Shown: one piece after another, positions 52,896 to 60,451 of the stretch
How the letters are laid out: every line of letters starts with the position of its first letter
How positions within the stretch are numbered: the first letter of the stretch is position 1
Source of the DNA: a virus
DNA length: 60,451 bases
Reading direction: 5' to 3' (one strand)
Virus record (IMG/VR): IMGVR_UViG_3300043449_000416
Coordinates: 1 to 60,451 of that record
Program-made: the position numbers and the translations under genes
Notes under the pieces: model-generated
The model's database searches: none
What the model saw: the letters and a program-made list of their open reading frames with translations, nothing else
Told to the model about the DNA's origin: nothing

Positions 52896-55800
52896 TTAGA
52901 AGAGCTGGAACCCTTGGTTGTACATCCCCTCCAGATCGATCAGGGCTTCCCGTACTATCGGGTTGATCGACACACCACTCGACATTTCCTTAGACGTGCG
53001 TTGGTGGCTCTTAAGCGAGTCTTTGAGGAACTCCCCATCAATAACTGCTTCGGGAAACCGGTCTTTGATCTCCGCATTGAACGCACGGATATCAGCCATA
53101 GCTTCTTGTGCGCCCTCGATGTCGCCCTGACGTAGTGCGATGTAGTAGAGTTTTGACAGTTCCGAGCGCTTCTTGGAGACCTCGTTGCTGATCCTAACCT
53201 TGAGTTGGTTAATGTCCTGCTGCAGCGTGGCCTTCGTTGGCGTAAAGCCAAGCATCTGTCCTAGCAAATCACTGGAACCAAGATCGCCAGTGATGACGTC
53301 CTTACGCCGCGTCTCGATGGAAGCGCCATCGGCCAGATAACGCCCCGCTTTGATGAAGTTACGGACTGCCGCTGGTACCATGTTCTCAATGCCACGCACC
53401 ATGTCGCCTTCCCCGCCAGTCATGGCCGTATAGAACTCCGAGATACCACGACCGAACTGCGTTGCAGTAGACCATGCAGGGCCTCCGATAGCCGCCACAA
53501 GGGTTTCTTCTGCCGACGCATCGGTGTTGTAGCGGTTTTCACGGAGCAAGAGCCCGGTAAGCCCGATACGGGACGAGATGTCGAACCCAGATATGTCCGA
53601 CAGGAAGCCTTTATAAATTCCTTCACCGAGATAGCGACGTGTCAGCATGTCTGCATCTTCCTCGTCATCGCCGAGGAACGCGTTTGCTACCGTGGACACA
53701 AGCCCATAGAGGGGCACACCTGCGATACCGGCAAAGGCAAAAGACGATAGCTGCAGACCAACAAGCTGCTTAAAAGCTACCCGCCGATCTTCTGGTGTGA
53801 AGTCAGGATCATTACTACCTAGCGTCAACTGCTTTATAAGCTTCATCTGCATGTAAAACAGCGAAAGCCCGAAGTTTTTGTACATGAGAGCTACGCGCCC
53901 GATACCCTTCTGGGCCCAGCGCGGTGCGGTAGCGAGAGTAGAACCACCACCCGTTTCAGTTGCCTGATATACAGCGCGCTCGGCAGCGCGGGTGCGTCGT
54001 TGGTCTTCGGTGAGCCCACGCTCAGCTTCGGTTGGCTTGTTCCGCAGACGGGCGAGTTCGAGATTATAGGCCGCGACGAGAGTAACCTGACGGTTGGCGC
54101 GTTCAACTTGGTGAAACAAGGCACCGGATATGGCAGAGAAACGATCACCGAAGCTCCGCGCGCGTCCAACATCCTCGGCACCGATGCTATCGTAATAAAT
54201 CGAGCGGTTCAGCTGCCCGTTCTTAGACGCAACATCCACAAGAGGGGCGAGTTCCTGCAGCATCGGGCGAAGTTCCGGTGCGATGTCGTCGCGCAGGACG
54301 TACTCGTTATTACTATTCAAGACGAAGTAGTTGTCTATGGACGGCATAGCCCGAACCTTGGTTGTCTTCTGCCCTTCAAACTGCGCAGGGAGTTCGATCT
54401 CACGGCTAAGGCCACTGTTCAGGAATAGCTTATAGGCACTGCCGATTGCAGCGGCAGATGATCGGCTGCCATAACGCCCAGCTAAGTACGGGTAGAGCAC
54501 AACGGGGACTGACGACAAGTTCACCAGCGCCGAGGACACGTTCAAGCCAATAGTAAACGTAAAGGCCCCACGGTTAACTGTCTGCACCATGCGCTCGAGC
54601 ATATCGGCAGGGGGGTTAGTGGCAAAGTTGGCACGGGCAACGAGCTCCTCGACTACCGCTACCTTGTTCTGGTCATTGGTATTTCTTGCCTGATCCTGAA
54701 TGGCATCCGACACGGCTCTGATCTTGTTGCTGTAGGCGTAGCGGACACCCTGTCGTCCAAGGCTGTAACCCTTAACGCGAAGTGCCTCCAACGAGTCCTC
54801 CATGTAGCCACGCGTATTCTTACGCCGCTGCAAAGACTTAGCAAACGATGTTTCCGGTAGCGCATCTACAAAGAGTTTGGTGATCTCCTGCTGAATGCTC
54901 GAGGCTGTAGCTGCATCCACCCCGGTGTTGGCGAGATTGGACCGGATAATAGACAGCGTGTCACGCACAAATAGAGAGTCCGGTGTACGCCCCTGCCGCA
55001 CCACGTCGAGCGTGGAGTAGTAGTTAAAGATTGGTTTCCCATCTGGGCCCTTGGTAACTTCCGACATAGCCTCGAGTTCTTTGGCGGCGCGGTCACGCGC
55101 ACGGGGGCTTTCGTAAGCCTCCTTTACAGGCTCAGTGGTGTTGGTCTCGGGGTCAAAGGCGGAATATTCTAACCAGTAGTCGCCCTTACGAGCCAGCGGG
55201 AAGTACGGCTCGATGCGGTTCATGTCGAAGAACTTTGTGTAGATGCTCTGCTTTACCTCAGCGGCTAGCGTGGGGTTGGATGAGAGAATAAAGTCAATTT
55301 TGCCCGAGAGAGCCTCGCGCAGGCGCTCGTACTGCTTGCGGTACAGCTGGCGCATGTTGTTATAGAGATCATGCCCATCCCTACCAATAGCGGCCCAGTC
55401 CTTCTGCAGTGCGTCATACATACGCATTTTGTCGGAGTCGGCACCGTACTTCTTTAGGGCCTTCTCGCGGGTCAGAGACGGATCGACTTGGTTGACTGTG
55501 GAGCGCGTGACGACGCGGTCGAACAGCGGCTTGAGGTTGGGGTTGTTCTTCACCCACTTCTGGGCGATCTGCAGAACGCCATCTACCTCTTGGTCAGACT
55601 TGACAGCAGCTGCATCCATCTGCTGGACGCCGTCCTGTAGATCATAGGCACCGTCAATCTTGTAGTGTGCGGCCACGTCGGCCAAAGGCTGCATCCCCAT
55701 AAACCCGAGAACGGTGCGCTTCGCGCCCCAAGATGCGCCAGACAAAACACTAGAGGCGTCGTCGCCGAACTGTTGAGCAAACTCCTTGGTACGGCCCGGG

Positions 55801-58800
55801 AAGGAGCCGTCGATCTGCGCTACGCGATTAAGGATCGTTGCGCCCTCTTCCGGCGTGGAGATGTCGGTCACGCTGATTGGGAAATCGAGTATCTGCATGA
55901 CCATCTGGTCGGTAATGTCGAGAGCGCTACGCAGCTGCCTTGGCTGCAAACCGATAAGTCTACGGACAAGGTTAATGATCTCGTTTGTGAACCGCTGTAC
56001 CGCAGATATAGGTTTACCATCAGGGTACAGTTGGGACAGTTCGCGTTGAAACTGCGGGTCAGAGAAAGCATCAGCGACAAACTCGAACAGATTTTTCTGT
56101 CCATTTAGTTGACCCAGTTTCGGTGCCACATCAGCAAATATTTGCTCCATGCGTTTGCGCATAGGGGAGGCTTCGTTGAGCAGCTCTCGTGCCGTAGCAG
56201 CGTGCGTCATCTCGTGCAGCAGTGTCGCGACGTCCATACCATAGACAGAATCCAACAAAAGCTCGCTCGTCTGGCGGCGATTAGTTAGACGATACTGTCC
56301 GCTTATTTCAGCCCCGTTGCGGTCGTCGCGTAGATCATCCACGATTCGCACCGAGGTGCCCGTCGCGTAGGGAGCCAGCGCACGGACAATACGCTTGATA
56401 CGGTCATTAGGCGCGTACATCTGCAGGGCGCGAAGCGCTAGCTCGAGATTACCACGGCGTAGCTGATTGACCACTGCCGGGTGCAGGGGGGAGCCAAGGT
56501 CCAGAACGTCTTGTGGGCGGTTAAACCGTAGCCCAAGGATTTGATCAGTAACGAAGTCGATCTGGTCTTCTGCCGTCATCTTCCGCATGCCCGCGGCACG
56601 TTTCTGCGGGGGCACCTTAGTCTCTTGGACTGCGCCCAATAGGGCATCGAGTCCCTTTCCACCAAGAGATACGAGACGCTGCCCCTCTGCTTTTTGTGCG
56701 GCCTTGGTCTTAGCTTGAGCAGTCAGTTCCTGCTCGAGCGCGGCTCTTTCCTCGGTGTTGGCCGCGCGTCCACCGATAGCGGTAGAACTAGGCAAAGATG
56801 ATACAGCCCGCATTGGCACCTTGGCCTCTTGGGCTTTGCGGTACTTTCGTTGCAGGTCACGTACTTTGACCTGCGCCTGCGGGGACATGTTAGCCTCTAC
56901 CCACGCGAGAGCTTGCTTAGCGCGCTCTTGGGTCATACCCGAGAAGAACTCGCGCTCCGCAGGGCTGATTGTCTCGTCACCTGCAGGCAACGCGCCGGTT
57001 TCAGTTTCGAGCGCTTTCTGATTTTTGAACCGCTGGTTCTTTAGCGTGGCGTCGGCAACGATGAACTCGAGAGCATCGATGGGGCGTTTGAACTGCGAGA
57101 AGTACATCTGCGCGTTCTCGGCAGGGGCCATACCCTTCTTGCCCTTCTTGATAGCACCGGGCTGGAGCAGCCCGAGCACTCTACGCTTATCTTCCGACGT
57201 CGTCGGATCATCCAGAACAAGTGCGTCGGGGGTCGAATATTCGTCGATGAGCGAAGCCAGTTCCGGTTTATCTGCCATGCGTGCGGTCCACGCAGCCTCG
57301 AGTTCGCTCTGCGCAGCCGAGTTGGATGCAACCTCACGGACGTCGCGCATAGGTGCCAGCTGACGCTGAGCATCACGGACCTGTAGTTCAGTCGGAGAAC
57401 CCGTAAACGCGGGGGCAGTCAGTGCAGGGCGCTCTGTTCCCGCTGCTGTATCAGCAGCCACAGGCACCGACATATCTCCTCCCAGTCCTCCGCCCGTAGG
57501 TGTTTCAGTCCCGGTGGAGCCTGTAGCGATGCTATCGACCCCTCCGCTTCCTTCCACGCTTGGTCCACCACTCGGAACGCCAACTCCCACTTCTTCTGGT
57601 TTAACCGCTGCAGCCTCGGGGACATTTGGGGCCTCCTGCTTGGGGGCAATAGCCGGTGCTTCCGGTGCGGGCTGTCCAGTGATAAGCCGCGCGACGAGCG
57701 CTTTGTTCGCGGCGGTAGCCTTATCATTTTGCGCCCAGCGGTTGAGCGTCCTAACAACAGCGCTGTCTGTTAGGGGTTTCCCTACCATCTTACGCAACGG
57801 CGCTGATTTAGCCGTGCCAACGCCGAGCTGCGTCACAAGATCATCGGTCAAAACTGGCACAGTTGATTCGGCGGATACGATACCCGGCACTGTCTCCGCT
57901 GGGAGGACTTCGGATTTTGCAACGGCCTCATTCGTGACAGGAACTGCCGCTTTTGGCACCGCAGTCGCCGTAGCTTTCGGCACGGTGGTGGGTTTTTTCT
58001 TGAGTGTTGGTTCGACTGGAACTTCTGCCGGGACAGCGGCGGCTTCGAGGCCAAGAGAGAGCTGTTCTTCTTCGGGTGTAGGCTGCAGTTCCAACTTAGC
58101 TGGCAGCACTGAGCCTCCTACCTCGGGGGCAGTGGGGAGGAACAACTCACCTTGCTCCTGTCCGGTCACAAACCCCGGACGCGTAGACGGCGTTAGGGGT
58201 AACTCCATCTGAGTTTGTAGATCGGCGGGATTAATAGTAGCCGTAGCAGCTCCCGGCGCTTCTCTAAGGCGAGGGCCACCGACTGCGCCGCCGATACCAC
58301 CAGCAGCGACACCGAGGACACCGCCAGCCACACCGGCGTCGATATATTCTTGGATAGCATCGGGGCTGTCAACTGGCAGACCCGCCTGATAGCGCTCTAA
58401 TATCTGCTGGCCAACTTCATTTAGGGATTCCGTTGTGCCGCCAACCGCTGCGCCAGACAGGGCCCGGGTAAACAGTTTGGCACCGGGGCGAACAAAGACA
58501 CCTGCACCTGCCAACGCATTAGTTACAGCGGTAATCCCAGCCTGCCCAACTGTGGAGCCGAGGGCGTCGGTTAGATCAACAGCGTCTCTACGGCCCGCTG
58601 CAACTTCTTCCTCTTGGCGCTGCACGTTAGCACCGAACAGCATCGGGGCCTCAGTAAGACCAGAGCCGATACCGAAACCAGCCAAAGCCCCCGCTGGGCC
58701 TCCGAAGCTACCAACAGCAGCGCCAACAGCGCCACCCGCCAGACTCGTACCGAGCTGAGGCAACTGCTCGCCTGCCAATTCACCAGCGTATGTAAGCCCC

Positions 58801-59213
58801 GCGCCAATAGTTGGGAAGAAACCTTCGGCAGCAACAACATCTTGACGCGTAGTCGGTGCAGGCTGCAGAAGGCTTAGCTCAAACTGGCGCTGCGCAGCTG
58901 CGTCTTCCATACCCCGGCCATATTCGGCGATGCTGGGCAGTCCAACCTGCTGACCGATAGTCTCTATAGTAGTGCCAAAGAGGGACTTTGCGCTGGCCTT
59001 GCCGCGCTCAAGACCGCGACCAAGAGCTGTACCATCGTCCGGTTGCGCTAAAGGTTTGCCGAGCGTCGCTTCGTATTCCGTAGCAAACGCACGTTCTTGC
59101 TCGTCCAAATATGCACGGATGCGCGCCTGCTCTGTCTCAGAGGGAGTATCACCCTTGATATTAACGCTGTAGGTCTTCCCGCTTAGACGGCCCGGAACCT
59201 GAATAATACCCAT
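52896..59213 (-). CDS. Giant virion-associated protein (2105 aa) with internal HExxH motif
   Basis: Single uninterrupted ORF; Gly/Ala-rich N-terminal third; HEMTH (HExxH) at ...LLDSVYGMDVATLLHEMTHAAT...; last gene of the late operon. Confidence 0.6.
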   Translation of the reverse strand: MGIIQVPGRLSGKTYSVNIKGDTPSETEQARIRAYLDEQERAFATEYEATLGKPLAQPDDGTALGRGLERGKASAKSLFGTTIETIGQQVGLPSIAEYGRGMEDAAAQRQFELSLLQPAPTTRQDVVAAEGFFPTIGAGLTYAGELAGEQLPQLGTSLAGGAVGAAVGSFGGPAGALAGFGIGSGLTEAPMLFGANVQRQEEEVAAGRRDAVDLTDALGSTVGQAGITAVTNALAGAGVFVRPGAKLFTRALSGAAVGGTTESLNEVGQQILERYQAGLPVDSPDAIQEYIDAGVAGGVLGVAAGGIGGAVGGPRLREAPGAATATINPADLQTQMELPLTPSTRPGFVTGQEQGELFLPTAPEVGGSVLPAKLELQPTPEEEQLSLGLEAAAVPAEVPVEPTLKKKPTTVPKATATAVPKAAVPVTNEAVAKSEVLPAETVPGIVSAESTVPVLTDDLVTQLGVGTAKSAPLRKMVGKPLTDSAVVRTLNRWAQNDKATAANKALVARLITGQPAPEAPAIAPKQEAPNVPEAAAVKPEEVGVGVPSGGPSVEGSGGVDSIATGSTGTETPTGGGLGGDMSVPVAADTAAGTERPALTAPAFTGSPTELQVRDAQRQLAPMRDVREVASNSAAQSELEAAWTARMADKPELASLIDEYSTPDALVLDDPTTSEDKRRVLGLLQPGAIKKGKKGMAPAENAQMYFSQFKRPIDALEFIVADATLKNQRFKNQKALETETGALPAGDETISPAEREFFSGMTQERAKQALAWVEANMSPQAQVKVRDLQRKYRKAQEAKVPMRAVSSLPSSTAIGGRAANTEERAALEQELTAQAKTKAAQKAEGQRLVSLGGKGLDALLGAVQETKVPPQKRAAGMRKMTAEDQIDFVTDQILGLRFNRPQDVLDLGSPLHPAVVNQLRRGNLELALRALQMYAPNDRIKRIVRALAPYATGTSVRIVDDLRDDRNGAEISGQYRLTNRRQTSELLLDSVYGMDVATLLHEMTHAATARELLNEASPMRKRMEQIFADVAPKLGQLNGQKNLFEFVADAFSDPQFQRELSQLYPDGKPISAVQRFTNEIINLVRRLIGLQPRQLRSALDITDQMVMQILDFPISVTDISTPEEGATILNRVAQIDGSFPGRTKEFAQQFGDDASSVLSGASWGAKRTVLGFMGMQPLADVAAHYKIDGAYDLQDGVQQMDAAAVKSDQEVDGVLQIAQKWVKNNPNLKPLFDRVVTRSTVNQVDPSLTREKALKKYGADSDKMRMYDALQKDWAAIGRDGHDLYNNMRQLYRKQYERLREALSGKIDFILSSNPTLAAEVKQSIYTKFFDMNRIEPYFPLARKGDYWLEYSAFDPETNTTEPVKEAYESPRARDRAAKELEAMSEVTKGPDGKPIFNYYSTLDVVRQGRTPDSLFVRDTLSIIRSNLANTGVDAATASSIQQEITKLFVDALPETSFAKSLQRRKNTRGYMEDSLEALRVKGYSLGRQGVRYAYSNKIRAVSDAIQDQARNTNDQNKVAVVEELVARANFATNPPADMLERMVQTVNRGAFTFTIGLNVSSALVNLSSVPVVLYPYLAGRYGSRSSAAAIGSAYKLFLNSGLSREIELPAQFEGQKTTKVRAMPSIDNYFVLNSNNEYVLRDDIAPELRPMLQELAPLVDVASKNGQLNRSIYYDSIGAEDVGRARSFGDRFSAISGALFHQVERANRQVTLVAAYNLELARLRNKPTEAERGLTEDQRRTRAAERAVYQATETGGGSTLATAPRWAQKGIGRVALMYKNFGLSLFYMQMKLIKQLTLGSNDPDFTPEDRRVAFKQLVGLQLSSFAFAGIAGVPLYGLVSTVANAFLGDDEEDADMLTRRYLGEGIYKGFLSDISGFDISSRIGLTGLLLRENRYNTDASAEETLVAAIGGPAWSTATQFGRGISEFYTAMTGGEGDMVRGIENMVPAAVRNFIKAGRYLADGASIETRRKDVITGDLGSSDLLGQMLGFTPTKATLQQDINQLKVRISNEVSKKRSELSKLYYIALRQGDIEGAQEAMADIRAFNAEIKDRFPEAVIDGEFLKDSLKSHQRTSKEMSSGVSINPIVREALIDLEGMYNQGFQLF

Positions 59214-59281
59214 GCGAAGACTCCTTTACTTAGCCAGAGTATACGTAAAGGTGCCGCTCTAGGCTAGTCTGGTTATTGGTC

Positions 59282-60379
59282 TTATTCGTCAGCGAAGTTT
59301 GGGACTTCGTCGGCTCCGCCATCCGTAGCTGTAGACCCGTAGAGGATAGTATCCCGAAGCGCCAGTTTGTTATTTAGCTCTTGCTGTACTGCGGCAAGCT
59401 GCATTTCCGCTTCCGGTGTAGTCGGTGGCATGACTGCTGAGTTAGCAATCAACCCATCTAGGCGCTCGATATCTGAATTTATCTGCGTAAGGAGACGCCC
59501 TGTCCCTGCAGATAGACCGAAACCACCGCTATTACTACCTCCGCCACTACCGCCACCAGATGCTGCTTTAGCCCGCGCTGCACGAGACTGCGCAATGGCA
59601 CCTGTGAGCTCGAGTTTTTCTTTGTCGTACTGGTCCCGTGCACTGCGCGCAGCTTCGATACCTTTGAGTCCGGCTTCGCCAAGAGCGCCCCCAAGCGTTG
59701 GCTGTCTGGACGACATAAGGTTCAAGCCTACCTGCGCCAGCGCCAGCCACTTGTCCTGCTCGGCTGCCTTCTCGCGCTTTGACAGTGTATCCATGAGCGC
59801 CTGTTCGTAGGACGATACGCCACCGGCCCCACCGCTAGTTCCACCGCTGGTTCCACCTTGCGACGCGGCAGCGGTTTGTGCTCCACCTTGCGGCGCGGCA
59901 GCTGGCTGTGCTCCAAGCAACGCAGCGCTTTGTGCTGCGAGTAACCCCTGTGGCGCAGCTGCTCCGGGCACTGCAGTAGTCGTAGGCAGCGGTTGAAGCT
60001 TTGGCACTTCGGGTGTGGTACGTCTCGCCTGTTCTGCGGCAATCGCAGCTTGGTCTTCGACAGTACGCCCTCCCATAGCTCCCAAAATAGCGTCAACGTA
60101 AGACCCAGAAGAGCTTAGAGGATCGTATGTAGGCATAACAGGGGCCCCAGAACGACTGACGGCTCTTGGTCCTTGTTGAGATTCCATTGCTGTAGGCAAC
60201 CCTGTCTGCGGTGCTGCGCGTCCCATTTGAGCGGAATACGCCAGTTCTTCACGGTTCTGTCTGGACTGATCCATACCCGGAAGAGCTGCCAGAAGTTCGC
60301 TGATGGACGGTTCCGCGCCAGAAATTACTTCTGGACGCACAGTGTTTGTATTTGCGGAACGCGCTATCGTATCCTGCAA
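59282..60379 (-). CDS. 3' part of the junction-spanning virion protein gene (continuation of 1..817)
   Basis: Track ORF (365 aa) starts on a non-ATG codon inside the terminal repeat; the frame is open upstream and continuous with the ATG at 817; Gly/Ser/Ala-rich low-complexity stretches. Confidence 0.55.
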   Translation of the reverse strand: MQDTIARSANTNTVRPEVISGAEPSISELLAALPGMDQSRQNREELAYSAQMGRAAPQTGLPTAMESQQGPRAVSRSGAPVMPTYDPLSSSGSYVDAILGAMGGRTVEDQAAIAAEQARRTTPEVPKLQPLPTTTAVPGAAAPQGLLAAQSAALLGAQPAAAPQGGAQTAAASQGGTSGGTSGGAGGVSSYEQALMDTLSKREKAAEQDKWLALAQVGLNLMSSRQPTLGGALGEAGLKGIEAARSARDQYDKEKLELTGAIAQSRAARAKAASGGGSGGGSNSGGFGLSAGTGRLLTQINSDIERLDGLIANSAVMPPTTPEAEMQLAAVQQELNNKLALRDTILYGSTATDGGADEVPNFADE

Positions 60380-60451
60380 TAGGACATCATTTAGTGGAGA
60401 GCTGTTCGCCCGACGTACTCGTTCTTGGAGATTAGGTAGCCCTTCGCGCCC
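60326..60451. repeat. Terminal redundancy (copy of nt 1-126)
   Basis: Identical to the first 126 nt of the window. Confidence 0.85.

Noticed and set aside
52896-59213. Giant ORF as a virion RNA polymerase
   Set aside because: I could not find an RNA polymerase catalytic motif (for example DxDGD-type) on reading the sequence; the only recognisable motif is HExxH. The RNA polymerase idea is left unsupported.
1-60451. Temperate lifestyle (integrase, repressor, attP)
   Set aside because: No integrase or recombinase motif was recognised in any ORF; the HTH proteins present are small and not obviously CI-like. The phage is more likely virulent, though this is not proven.

Overview
The window appears to be a complete, circularly permuted genome of a tailed dsDNA phage (about 60.3 kb unique; nt 1-126 repeat nt 60326-60451), GC-rich and compact, with two transcriptional arms. 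(1) A late/structural arm on the minus strand runs from 27263 downward, wraps through the window junction (one gene is split by the linearisation point) and ends at 52896. It encodes a TerS-like protein, an intein-containing large terminase, portal, GroES-like protein, scaffold, major capsid protein, a free-standing HNH, a cluster of small basic Lys/Gly/Met-rich proteins, several tail-fibre-like proteins, a lysis cassette (GH24 endolysin, holin/spanin candidates), internal-virion-like proteins and a 2105-aa giant protein. (2) An early/replication arm on the plus strand (27720-52807) encodes many small ORFs, a MoxR-like AAA+ ATPase with a VWA/HExxH partner, VRR-NUC, endonuclease VII, a family-A DNA polymerase with 3'-5' exonuclease, an HNH endonuclease, a Cas4-like PD-(D/E)XK nuclease, an intein-containing SNF2-type helicase and a PrimPol/SF3 primase-helicase. 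I did not recognise an RNA polymerase, integrase, tRNA or CRISPR array. The most unusual signals are: both inteins carry an endonuclease ORF (HNH; Vsr-like) in a different frame from the in-frame splicing blocks; a family of about 20 short GTTAG-N-CTAAC hairpins concentrated in the early arm; a roughly 940-bp repeat-rich noncoding region; and several tandem-repeat-encoded low-complexity proteins. All calls are from reading the sequence and the ORF track; no database search was run, so family names are motif-level recognitions. Coordinates follow the ORF track (minus-strand ORFs include the stop codon at the low end).
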